This document shows, piece by piece, positions 17,425 to 26,740 of a stretch of 64,000 nucleotides of DNA. A program made the translations under genes and the position numbers. The notes below the pieces were generated by a model. The model made no database searches. It had not been told where the DNA came from and was given only the letters and a program-made list of their open reading frames with translations. The number at the start of each line of letters is the position of its first letter. Within the stretch, counting starts at the first letter, position 1. The stretch spans positions 2,871 through 66,870 of the forward strand of contig JBEKHY010000005.1 in NCBI GenBank assembly GCA_050012035.1, read 5' to 3'. Source of the stretch: Verrucomicrobiota bacterium (GTDB lineage: Bacteria; Verrucomicrobiota; Verrucomicrobiia; Limisphaerales; UBA11358).

Positions 17425-18522
17425 ATGACATTTAACTGGACTACCATTTCCGATCAGGCCATCGTCAATGCTGCCGCCACTTTGCGTTCCGGTTTCATCA
17501 GCGAGGGCAAGCAAGTCAGGCGTTTCGAACAGGAACTGACGGCGCGGCTTGGTTTGATCCGGCCGGTCACGCTCAACAGCGGAACCACCGCGTTGCATCT
17601 GGCGCTCGTGCTCGCGGGGGTGAAAGCGGGAGACGAAGTCATCATCCCGCCACAAACGTTTATCGCCACCGGCATGGCGGTGTTGATGGCGGGGGCTACA
17701 CCGGTCTTCGCGGACATCCGATACGAAACCGGGAACATTGCTCCGGATGCGATTCTCAAAAAAATCACGAAGAAGACGAAGGCAATTATTCCGGTGCATT
17801 GGGCCGGTTATCCGTGCGATTTGGACGAAATCAATGGAATCGCCGCTGCGCATGATCTCCCGGTGGTCGAAGACGCGGCCCACGCGCTGGGCGCAATGTA
17901 TCGCGGCAAACCGGTAGGCGCCATCTCCCGTTTCACCTGTTTTTCCTTTCAAGCCATCAAACATCTTACCACCGGTGATGGCGGCGCGCTCTGTTGCCTG
18001 CGCGCGGAAGATGAAAGCCAGGCACGCATCCGGCGCTGGTTCTGTATTGATCGGGACAACAGCCCTCAGTCTTTCCTGGGCGAGCGTTCTTACGATGCTG
18101 CCGCTGTCGGTTACAAGTATCATCTCAACGACCTCGAGGCTGCTATCGGGTTGGGCAATCTCGAAGTCCTTCCTCAGGTGCTGGCACGATTGCGGGAAGT
18201 TTCGAGCCGTTATCGCCGGGAATTAGCGACCGTGTCCGGCATCACACTTCTGGAAAACAGAAATGACCGGGTGTCAGCCTGCTGGTTGTTCACGCTGTTG
18301 GCGCAACGGCGGGATGATTTTCTTCGCGCGCTCCAAAGCCGCGGCGTGCCGGCCTCCGTCTTCCATCAGCGCATCGATCGCAACTCGGTTTTCGGCGGTG
18401 TTCGCAAGGACTTGCCGAACATGGACCGTTTCAATAATGATCAAGCGTCTGTCCCGCTGCACGCCGGGTTGACGGATGAAGAAGTGGAAACGGTCATTGC
18501 GGCAGTGACGGCCGGCTGGTAG
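17425..18522 (+). CDS. DegT/DnrJ/EryC1-family sugar aminotransferase (PLP)
   Basis: SFQAIKHLTTGDGGAL (PLP-lysine context) and typical length and N-terminal pattern. Confidence 0.85.
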   Translation: MTFNWTTISDQAIVNAAATLRSGFISEGKQVRRFEQELTARLGLIRPVTLNSGTTALHLALVLAGVKAGDEVIIPPQTFIATGMAVLMAGATPVFADIRYETGNIAPDAILKKITKKTKAIIPVHWAGYPCDLDEINGIAAAHDLPVVEDAAHALGAMYRGKPVGAISRFTCFSFQAIKHLTTGDGGALCCLRAEDESQARIRRWFCIDRDNSPQSFLGERSYDAAAVGYKYHLNDLEAAIGLGNLEVLPQVLARLREVSSRYRRELATVSGITLLENRNDRVSACWLFTLLAQRRDDFLRALQSRGVPASVFHQRIDRNSVFGGVRKDLPNMDRFNNDQASVPLHAGLTDEEVETVIAAVTAGW

Positions 18523-18560
18523 ACTTCCTTTCTCTGATTGGAACCAATTAGAATCATCCA

Positions 18561-19529
18561 ATGAAAATTCTCGTTACTGGAAGCGAAGGTTCGCTGGCAC
18601 AAATGGTCATCCCGCATTTGTTGACCGAAGGACACACGCTCGTCGGTGTGGACAACTTCGCCCGCTACGGGCATATCCAACGCGAGCGGAAATACGAGTT
18701 TCTCACGGGCGATTTGTGCGATACCGCGACCGTGAAACAGCTTTACGCCGCGCACCGGTTCGATTGCCTCTACCATTTCGCCGCCTTGGTCTATGGCGTG
18801 GTTGGCTTTCACAAGAAACCCGCCGATATCATCGCCGACAACAACCTGACCACGATTAACCTGCTGAAGTACGGGCATGACCGTGTGAAACGGGTTGTCT
18901 ATTTGTCCTCCTCGATGGTCTATGAGACCTCCCGCAGTTACCCGCACAAGGAGGAGGAGACAGACACCCTGCCGGTCATGCGAACCGCCTATGGGCTTTC
19001 CAAATACATCGGAGAACGTGTGGTGCAATCCTTTCAGCAGCAGTTCGGGGTTTCTTATGTGATCTGGCGGCCATTCAATATCATCACGCCGTTTGAGAAG
19101 CCGGAAGAGGAAGGGTTCAGCCACGTATTCAGCGACATGATCGAAAAGATTCTCGTTCGGAAGCTTTCGCCGGTGCCGGTGCTCGGCGACGGCGAGCAGA
19201 TCCGTTGCTTCACCAACATTTCCGACGTGGCTGATGTCATTGCCCGGTTCAGTCTCCGGCCGGAAGTGGACAATCAGGCCGTAAACATCGGAAATCCCGA
19301 GCCGGTGACCGTTAAGGAACTGGTGACAAAAATCGTAACGCTTGGCAAAAAATTCGGACTGCTTGGCCCGGATTACCCAATCCATTTTGAATATCAGCAG
19401 GTCTATGCCGATGACGTCAAAAAACGCATTCCCGACGTCAGCAAAATCAAACGGTTGTTCGGCTGGGAGGCGAGAACCCGGGTGGACCAGTCCTTGGAGC
19501 AATGCATCCGTTTCCGGTTCAAGTTGTAA
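18561..19529 (+). CDS. Extended SDR, NAD-dependent nucleotide-sugar epimerase/dehydratase/decarboxylase family
   Basis: MKILVTGSEGSL Rossmann start, SSSMVY serine region, YGLSK catalytic YxxxK. Confidence 0.75.
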   Translation: MKILVTGSEGSLAQMVIPHLLTEGHTLVGVDNFARYGHIQRERKYEFLTGDLCDTATVKQLYAAHRFDCLYHFAALVYGVVGFHKKPADIIADNNLTTINLLKYGHDRVKRVVYLSSSMVYETSRSYPHKEEETDTLPVMRTAYGLSKYIGERVVQSFQQQFGVSYVIWRPFNIITPFEKPEEEGFSHVFSDMIEKILVRKLSPVPVLGDGEQIRCFTNISDVADVIARFSLRPEVDNQAVNIGNPEPVTVKELVTKIVTLGKKFGLLGPDYPIHFEYQQVYADDVKKRIPDVSKIKRLFGWEARTRVDQSLEQCIRFRFKL

Positions 19530-19562
19530 TCGGTCACAGCGGAATACCTGCATCTAATTGCC

Positions 19563-20372
19563 ATGAGCGCCCCTGAATCACCCGTCCTGACCCTTCTCCT
19601 CCCGGTGCGGAACGAGGAGATGAATCTGCGCGTCATGCTCCGCATCATCCGGACGGTATTGGATTATCCTCACGAAGTGCTGGTCATCCACGACACGGTG
19701 GACGACAAAAGTATTGCCATTGTCAAGGAAGCGCAGGCGAACTACCCGGGACTTCGGCTGGTGCACAATCAACTTGGGCAGGGCGTTATCAACGCCATCC
19801 GCGCGGGTGTTGCCGAAGCCCGGAGCGAAATCGCCACGATCCTCTGTGCCGATGACACCGGCCCGGTATTGGTGGTGGACGACATGCTGGCCCTGATGCG
19901 CCAAGGCTGCGATTTTGTCAGCGTCACCCGTTACGCTCACGGCGGGCGGCGCCTGGGAGGCTCGCTCATCGGCGGAATCCTTTCCCGGACAGCCAACTGG
20001 CTTTTTCACCACTTGGTTCGTTCCCCTTTCACGGACGCCACTACCGGCTGTAAGATGTTCCGGCGGGATTTATTTGAAAAATTTCAATTGGAAAGCCGGC
20101 CGATTGGGTGGGCTTTTGCTTTCGAGATGTCGATCAAGGCGCAACTTTTAGGTCTCCGCCTGGGCGAAGTCCCGCTGGTTAGCATTGACCGGCTATTCGG
20201 CGGACAATCCAGTTTTCGCCTGGGATCCTGGCTGGTCGAGTACCTACGGTGGTTTCTGTGGGGATTTCGAAAAAGGTGCTCTTACGGCATCTGGCGGCGT
20301 CCTCCCGTTCTTATCCGAGTGCCGGTTTTCTATCAGTCCAAAACGGCGGTGCAGTCACGCACCAGCGGTTAA
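19563..20372 (+). CDS. Family-2 glycosyltransferase (polyprenyl-phosphate sugar synthase-like)
   Basis: LLLPVRNEE..., a DxD-type region (LCADDTGP) and the FRRDLF motif typical of DPM1/ArnC-like GT2 enzymes. Confidence 0.75.
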   Translation: MSAPESPVLTLLLPVRNEEMNLRVMLRIIRTVLDYPHEVLVIHDTVDDKSIAIVKEAQANYPGLRLVHNQLGQGVINAIRAGVAEARSEIATILCADDTGPVLVVDDMLALMRQGCDFVSVTRYAHGGRRLGGSLIGGILSRTANWLFHHLVRSPFTDATTGCKMFRRDLFEKFQLESRPIGWAFAFEMSIKAQLLGLRLGEVPLVSIDRLFGGQSSFRLGSWLVEYLRWFLWGFRKRCSYGIWRRPPVLIRVPVFYQSKTAVQSRTSG

Positions 20373-20493
20373 GGCAATTCTATGATCAGAATGTCCTCCG
20401 TTTGAATTACCGTCGGTTCGCCGTCCGCTCGGGGCGCCGCGTCAGGGCGGCAACTCGCGCGATTCTTTTTGGTATTATTTCCTCCAAAGGATG

Positions 20494-20517
20494 CCTGATT
20501 CGACTTGGCGAATCAGG
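20494..20517 (+). terminator. Candidate intrinsic terminator between convergent genes
   Basis: CCTGATTCG-ACTTGG-CGAATCAGG (9-bp stem) followed by TATATTATT. The T-tract is weak. Confidence 0.35.
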
Positions 20518-20559
20518 TATATTATTGCCGTAAAAAGCAGTGATTTTCACCTGCGATGG

Positions 20560-22152
20560 TCAGGGGTTGCGCCGGAAGATGGCAACGCAGTATCCGCAGG
20601 CGATATCCTGCTGATTATAATAGGGCAAAAGCCGCGTCACCAGCTTCCTCATTAACGTCGGCTCGGAGGAAGTTCTGGCGACCTGTTTCCAACGGCTGTC
20701 ATTGCAGGTAAATTTTTTGTAAACGTCGCCGGAAGTGGCCGTGTTTAAAACCAGCACATTCACGCTCTGCCGCTCCGTTTCGGTCATGACGCTAAGATAA
20801 CGTGGCGAGTATAATTCTGCCGCCTTCGCCTTGACGGGAAAATAGCCCGGGTAATCACAGAAGACCACATCGGTGGACCGAATTTGTTGTTGGATCATGC
20901 GTTCGAGCTGACCATACTCCCGACGTTGATTTAGAGCCTGACCCAAAACTACTCGCAATGGTAATCCCACCAGCACTGAGCTGGCGAGCAACAGGAGCAC
21001 CAAAGTTTTTCGGAAACGTCCCAGTAAATCCCATGCCTGCGAGAGAACCGCAAAAACGACGATCATCAAAATTAAATAACTCATCCAATGATACTCTATC
21101 GGGTAGTGTATTAGTATCTCAAAGACGGCACCGATGGCAAAACCGCCCAAGAACCCGAGCAACACAAGGGACCTCAACTGCTTATCCGACCAGGTGCGAT
21201 GGCCGCCCGCCATAATTGCCAGCGCGGCGAAGGCCGGCAAAATGCCGAAATCGGCCAATTGATCATGGAAAATTGTCCGCACCCTCTGGAGCAGTTTAAA
21301 AATCAATGTCGGCTCGCCTTGGCTGCCAGCCAGTTCCTCGGTCTGGTGAAAAATCCGTGTTAGCCTGATATTTTCCAGCACACCGGCCAAGTGATGAGCG
21401 TAGTAAAAGGAAAAAAGCGCCAAACCACCAGAGACAATGCCGGCCATGAGAACCGCGAGCGGGACCAGGGCCTTTTTCCCCTCCAGAAGAAAGACCAACA
21501 GGCAAAGAAGTCCCAAATACGGAACCAGTTGCAGGCCGGCTGCAGGTGAGAGAAAGCCCGCTAAAAATAAGCAGGTGTATTTTGCATCGTGAGATTTCCA
21601 AGACCACGCCAGGAGGGCACTGGTACAGATCAACATGCCCAGACAATCAGGCCGCGCGGTTCGATAGACGAAGCACAACGGAAAACTTAAAAAGGCGGTG
21701 ACCACCATCCCGACCCGGGCAGGGGCCGACCGGATCCAGTTCTGCCGCTTCACTCCCAGCCAGAAAACGAACAGAGCCAAGGATGCCAAGGTGTAATTGA
21801 AAGCCCTGATCTGAACCAACCCCTGGCCAAAGGACTTGATCCAAGGGATCAGGGCGAATGCATAAAGCGGAACATTACAATTCCAGGTGAGTTCTTTGCT
21901 CTGCCACCACGCGGTGGAGGTAAAACCCTTTCCCTGGACAAAGTTTATTGCGGGATCAACAAACATCACCTCATCGCCCCAGCTCGTAGGATAAAGCTTG
22001 GCGGAGCACAAGTTGAACCCAAGAAGTAAAAGGGCGAAAGCGGCGACCACCATCGTTTCATTGGCCTCCAGCCAGACCACACATCTTTGCAGGAATTGAT
22101 CAACCTCGTGTCTCATTGAGACAACCTGTTTGTTCAGGTCAGGAATATCCAT
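20560..22152 (-). CDS. GT-C-fold glycosyltransferase (ArnT/PMT-like)
   Basis: 530 aa and polytopic. The first loop reads YPTSWGDEVMFVDPAINFVQGKG (acidic DE motif as in ArnT/PMT). G+C is lower than in neighbouring genes by eye. Confidence 0.6.
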   Translation of the reverse strand: MDIPDLNKQVVSMRHEVDQFLQRCVVWLEANETMVVAAFALLLLGFNLCSAKLYPTSWGDEVMFVDPAINFVQGKGFTSTAWWQSKELTWNCNVPLYAFALIPWIKSFGQGLVQIRAFNYTLASLALFVFWLGVKRQNWIRSAPARVGMVVTAFLSFPLCFVYRTARPDCLGMLICTSALLAWSWKSHDAKYTCLFLAGFLSPAAGLQLVPYLGLLCLLVFLLEGKKALVPLAVLMAGIVSGGLALFSFYYAHHLAGVLENIRLTRIFHQTEELAGSQGEPTLIFKLLQRVRTIFHDQLADFGILPAFAALAIMAGGHRTWSDKQLRSLVLLGFLGGFAIGAVFEILIHYPIEYHWMSYLILMIVVFAVLSQAWDLLGRFRKTLVLLLLASSVLVGLPLRVVLGQALNQRREYGQLERMIQQQIRSTDVVFCDYPGYFPVKAKAAELYSPRYLSVMTETERQSVNVLVLNTATSGDVYKKFTCNDSRWKQVARTSSEPTLMRKLVTRLLPYYNQQDIACGYCVAIFRRNP

Positions 22153-22303
22153 GCCATCTATCTCCCTATAAATTAGTAGGGGAACAAGAGACTACTCCAA
22201 AAGCATTCCGGCGGCAAATAATTCCAACGTGTGGGTGTGGATTCTGGACTCACACGGCCGCGGGCCATTTTTGCTGGTCAGCGAATTTCAAATCCCTCCG
22301 CAT

Positions 22304-22768
22304 CAATCCCTGAAATTCAGAAACTGCACGAAGGCGGGGAATTCTTTTACGCGCACCGCCGCGATGACGGTTTGAAGTTCGTCCCGGCTCTTGCCAGTGA
22401 CGCGGATGGCGTCGCCTTGAATTTACCGTCGCGGATGATGCCGGTGATGTGCTTCACCGCGGTTGTTTCCATGCCCTGCTTGATTTTGATGACCTGCCGC
22501 GCGTGGCCGAGCGGGGAGACGTCCGGCCCGGCCTTTTCCAAGTTCCTGAAGCTGATGTTGCGCTTGGCAAGCCGGCCCACGACGATTTCCGCGCGCGCCT
22601 CGATTTTGAACTGGTCCTCGGCGGCGAGCTTGATTTCGTTTTTTCGAGGAAGATGTCCGCCTTGCTGCGTTCGAAGCCGAAGCGGTTGGCCAGTTCCTGG
22701 TTGGCTTGGTTGACGGCGTTCTCGATTTCCATCGGGTTGACCTGCGAAACAATGTCGAATGAAGGCAT
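22304..22768 (-). pseudogene. yajQ: yajQ (UPF0234 nucleotide-binding protein) disrupted by two frameshifts
   Basis: The protein is spread over three frames. Frame 1: MPSFDIVSQVNPMEIENAVNQANQELANRFGFERSKADIFLEK. Frame 2: [76 protein letters not shown]. Frame 3: [37 protein letters not shown]-stop. The shifts lie at the T6 run 22639-22644 and near 22416. Confidence 0.8.
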
Positions 22769-22865
22769 CGCCACAGCGAAAAATGGCCACCGGGAAAGAA
22801 AAGGCAAAAGCCACAACCAATTTGGTTGATTCCAAAACCGGCGTGGCATAGAACTCGCCAGCAAA

Positions 22866-24770
22866 ATGCCGACTGTTGTGCTCCTCTGGGTCTGGTTCTG
22901 CGCGTATCTCAATTGCGCAGGCTGGGCGCTTTCCGCGATTCATCAATTGAACGCCGGCGGCTACGCAGTTGTATTGCTGCTCGGTTTTGCCACCTTGATT
23001 TTCTGGAGACGAAGAACGTCCGCGCAAATTTTACCGCGGGTGCGCTGGCAAAAAATCCGCCGCCGGTTCTGTCGCCCGTTTCCGCTGGCGTTTTTGGTCC
23101 TGGCGGCGATGGCTTTGCTCGGTGGTGTTTTGCATGCGCCGAGCAATTACGACGCGCTGGCCTATCGCATTCCGCGCGTGCTGCACTGGCTGGCGGCGGG
23201 GCAATGGCATTGGATCCACACGATTTTCCCGCGCGTGAATCAGCGCGCCTGCGGCATCGAGTGGGTCTCCGCGCCGTTCATTGCCCTGTCGAAAACCGAC
23301 CGGCTGCTGTTCCTCATCAATGTCGTTTCTTTTCTGCTGCTGCCGGGACTGGTGTTCAGCGTTTTTACGCGTCTGGGCGTGCGCCGGCACGCGGCGGGGT
23401 TCTGGATGTGGATTGTGCCAACAGGTTATTGTTTTTTGTTACAGGCTGGCAGCATCGGCAATGATTTGTTTGGTGCACCATTCGCTCTGGCGGCGGTGGA
23501 TTTCGCACTGCGCGCGAAAAATTCCAGGTCCGCGCGCGATTTTTTTGCCTCTTTGCTGGCAGCGGCCTTGATGACCGGCGCCAAGACGAGCAACCTGCCG
23601 CTGCTGTTGCCGTGGGCCATCGCGATTTTGCCGGCACGCGGATTGATAAAACGCCGAATATTGCAGACGATGGCAGTTTGCGTTGTTGCGGTTCTCGCCT
23701 CATTTTTGCCGACCGCCATTCTCAACGCGCATTTTTGCGGGGATTGGACGGGTTGGAAAGCCGAAGGGACGCCACAACGAAACGCTCCGCTTTTGCGTGT
23801 GCCGGCAAATGCCGTGCTCATTACGATCCAAAATCTGACACCGCCGGCTTTCCCGTTCGCCAACACGTGGAACCGCTATACTCAACAAATCATGCCCGCC
23901 GGTTTGAGCCAGCGTTCGCACGAAGCGGTGGTGGAACCGAAGGCCGTTGAATTTCACACCGAAGAACTGCAAATAGAAGACAGCGCCGGATTGGGTTTCG
24001 GTGTCACAGGCCTGATTTTTATCAGCATGGTATTCGTAGCGATACATTGCAGCGGTCCGTTTTTGGGGTTGCAATTCGCCTCCGCCAAAGCCGTCTGGTG
24101 TACCGGCGTCCGACTTGCGCCGTGGATTTCGCTGTTGGCCCTGTTGAGCCAGTCGGAAGTCTATCCCCTCGGGCGCATCCTCGCGCCCTATTACGCGCTG
24201 CTGCTCCCGCTTCTCCTCGCCGGCCCCGCGCCGGAACAACCGGTCAAAAAAATTTGGTGGCGCGCGGCAGCCTTCACCATTTTTGTCATCGCGGCGGCGT
24301 TGCTCATCATTTCTCCGGCGCGACCGCTGTTTCCGGTGGGAATGTTTCTGGAAAAAATCCATAAGGCCGCCGCGCAACATCCGGCGCTGGCGCGTGTGGA
24401 AACCGTTTATTCGGTCTATCGCGAGCGTAACGACGCCTTTGCGCCGGCACGCGCCTCGTTGCCGCCGGACTTGAAGGTTTTGGGTTTGGTGGCCTATGAC
24501 GATCCCGAAACTTCGTTGTGGCGTCCGTTTGGTTCGCGCCGCATCGAGCACGTTTGCCCGCAGGATACCGTAGCGGATTTGAAGGCTCGCGGGGTCGAAT
24601 ACATTCTGGTGAAAACGGGCTGCTACGGGTTTATCTATTCACCTGAAGATTGGGCCAAACGCATGGACGCACAGGTGATCCAAAGAATTCCGCTTCGTCT
24701 CCGCGCCGCTGCCCCTGCGACCGATTGGTATCTGGTCAAAGTGCCGGAAGCGCCCGGCAGCTCCAAATGA
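22866..24770 (+). CDS. Polytopic membrane protein, paralog C (GT-C-like candidate)
   Basis: 634 aa. N-terminus YLNCAGWALSAIHQL..., first loop HAPSNYDALAYRIPRVLHWLAAGQWHWIHT. It aligns along its full length with the next gene. Confidence 0.6.
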   Translation: MPTVVLLWVWFCAYLNCAGWALSAIHQLNAGGYAVVLLLGFATLIFWRRRTSAQILPRVRWQKIRRRFCRPFPLAFLVLAAMALLGGVLHAPSNYDALAYRIPRVLHWLAAGQWHWIHTIFPRVNQRACGIEWVSAPFIALSKTDRLLFLINVVSFLLLPGLVFSVFTRLGVRRHAAGFWMWIVPTGYCFLLQAGSIGNDLFGAPFALAAVDFALRAKNSRSARDFFASLLAAALMTGAKTSNLPLLLPWAIAILPARGLIKRRILQTMAVCVVAVLASFLPTAILNAHFCGDWTGWKAEGTPQRNAPLLRVPANAVLITIQNLTPPAFPFANTWNRYTQQIMPAGLSQRSHEAVVEPKAVEFHTEELQIEDSAGLGFGVTGLIFISMVFVAIHCSGPFLGLQFASAKAVWCTGVRLAPWISLLALLSQSEVYPLGRILAPYYALLLPLLLAGPAPEQPVKKIWWRAAAFTIFVIAAALLIISPARPLFPVGMFLEKIHKAAAQHPALARVETVYSVYRERNDAFAPARASLPPDLKVLGLVAYDDPETSLWRPFGSRRIEHVCPQDTVADLKARGVEYILVKTGCYGFIYSPEDWAKRMDAQVIQRIPLRLRAAAPATDWYLVKVPEAPGSSK

Positions 24771-26689
24771 ATGAAGCCAAAGGCAACTCCGATCATGGAC
24801 GGCACCGGCGAGACACGACCGGTGCAGTCCGGTATTGGGTGTGGACCTGCGCATACCTCAACGTTGCAGGCTGGACGCTGTCCGCCCTGCACCAATTGAC
24901 GGCCGCGGGCTACGCGCTGGTGTTGGTGACCGGGTTGGCCGGTCTGTGCGCCTGGAAGTTCAAAATGTCCGGAACGGCTGTGCCCGGGGTTTGGTGGCCA
25001 AGGCATCTTCGCCGTTTTCGCCGGCCGTTTCCCGCGGCGTTCCTGATTCTGGCGATGATGGCTTTGCTCGGCGGGGTTTTGTATGCGCCGAGTAATTACG
25101 ACACGCACACCTACCGGATTCCACGCGTGTTGAACTGGCTCGCTGAAGGTCAATGGTACTGGATACACACGATTTTCGCGCGCATCAACACGCGGTCCTG
25201 CGGCATCGAATGGGTTTACGCGCCGTTTATTGCCTTGTGCAAGACTGATCGCCTGCTGTTCCTGATCAACGTCATTTCGTTTCTGCTGTTGCCCGGGCTG
25301 GTGTTCAGCGTGTTCACGCGACTGGGTGTGCGGCGCCGCGTGGCGTGGCATTGGATGTGGATTGTGCCGACGGGTTACGGCTTTTTGCTGCAAGCCGGGA
25401 GCGTCGGCAACGATCTGTTCGGCGCAACCTTCGCGCTGGCAGCGGTGGATTTTGCGCTGCGCGCAAAAGTTTCGCATTCCCCGCGCGATTTTTTTACGTC
25501 CGTGCTGGCGGCGGCGATGATGACCAGCGCCAAAACGGGCAACCTCCCCCTGTTGCTGCCGTGGGCGGTGGCGATTTTTCCGTCAGCCAAACTGGCTTTC
25601 CGCTGGCCCCTGAGAACGGCCGCGGCCGGCGCGCTCGCCATTCTCGCCTCGGCGCTGCCCACGATGGTTTTGAACGTGAAATATTGCGGTGACTGGTCCG
25701 GTCTGGCGCTGGAGACCGGCAATTTAAGGAACGATCCGGCGTTCCAGGCGGGAGCGAACGCCGTGTTGCTGACCATTGAGAATTTCGTGCCGCCCGTTTT
25801 CCCGCTGGCCGGAACCTGGAATCAGACCATGGAACGGGTGATTCCACCGAAGCTGAGCGCGCGTTGGCAACAAACCATCATGTGGCCCGACAACCGGTTG
25901 CAGTTGAAAGAAATGCAAATCGAGGAAAACGCCGGGCTGGGTTTTGGTGTTTCGATTTTGCTGTTGACCAGCCTGGTGGCGGCAATGTTTGCGAAGCCGG
26001 GACTCAGGCAACCGACCGGTCGGGCGACATGGCAAACGTGCGTGCGGCTTGCCCCGTTCATTTCACTGGGTGCGCTGATGACACAATCCCATATGTCCTT
26101 CTTCGCCCGGCTGATGGTGTCCTATTACGCCCTCCTGCTGCCGCCGTTCCTCATGTGCGCCGGGCAAGAATCGCTGCTGAAAAAACGCTGGTGGCGCGCG
26201 GCGGCTTTCACGGTTTTTCTTATGGCCGCAGGATTGTTGATCCTTTCTCCGGCGCGGCCGTTGTTTCCGATCCAGACCATTTTGGGACAAATTCAAATGC
26301 GCGCCCCCGATTCCAGCCGGTTGGCACGGATGGAGCGGGTTTATTCGGTTTATCGCCAGCGCCCCGATGCCTTTGCCCCGGCGCGTGAGATTTTGCCGCC
26401 GGGCCTGAAGCTTCTGGGGTTGGTCACCTATGACGATCCCGAAACTTCCTTGTGGCGGCCGTTTGGTTCGCGCCGCATCATGCACGTTTGCCCCGGCGAC
26501 ACGCCGGCGGATTTGAAACGGCGCGGCATTGAATACGTGTTGATGAAGCCGGACAGCATTGAAAGTTGGTTTGGCTGTTCGGCCGATGACTGGTTCAGGC
26601 GAATGAACGCGCAGATTGTCCGAAAAATTACACTGGAGCTGCGCGCGGCCGCAGGCCCACGCGACTGGTATCTGGTTAAATTGCGGTGA
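24767..26689 (+). CDS. Polytopic membrane protein, paralog D (GT-C-like candidate)
   Basis: 640 aa from the ATG at 24767. ATGA overlaps the stop of paralog C. YAPSNYDTHTYRIPRVLNWLAEGQWYWIHT and the C-terminal DDPETSLWRPFGSRRI...DWYLVK block are conserved with paralog C. Confidence 0.6.
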   Translation: MNEAKGNSDHGRHRRDTTGAVRYWVWTCAYLNVAGWTLSALHQLTAAGYALVLVTGLAGLCAWKFKMSGTAVPGVWWPRHLRRFRRPFPAAFLILAMMALLGGVLYAPSNYDTHTYRIPRVLNWLAEGQWYWIHTIFARINTRSCGIEWVYAPFIALCKTDRLLFLINVISFLLLPGLVFSVFTRLGVRRRVAWHWMWIVPTGYGFLLQAGSVGNDLFGATFALAAVDFALRAKVSHSPRDFFTSVLAAAMMTSAKTGNLPLLLPWAVAIFPSAKLAFRWPLRTAAAGALAILASALPTMVLNVKYCGDWSGLALETGNLRNDPAFQAGANAVLLTIENFVPPVFPLAGTWNQTMERVIPPKLSARWQQTIMWPDNRLQLKEMQIEENAGLGFGVSILLLTSLVAAMFAKPGLRQPTGRATWQTCVRLAPFISLGALMTQSHMSFFARLMVSYYALLLPPFLMCAGQESLLKKRWWRAAAFTVFLMAAGLLILSPARPLFPIQTILGQIQMRAPDSSRLARMERVYSVYRQRPDAFAPAREILPPGLKLLGLVTYDDPETSLWRPFGSRRIMHVCPGDTPADLKRRGIEYVLMKPDSIESWFGCSADDWFRRMNAQIVRKITLELRAAAGPRDWYLVKLR

Positions 26690-26740
26690 ACCCGAAACCC
26701 GTACTCGCCAAATGGCCGGGCGTTTGGGTAGGTTTGCCTC

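Noticed and set aside
18441-19553. 370-aa minus-strand ORF
   Set aside because: It is antisense to the extended-SDR gene, which carries Rossmann and YxxxK motifs. No motifs were recognised in the antisense frame.
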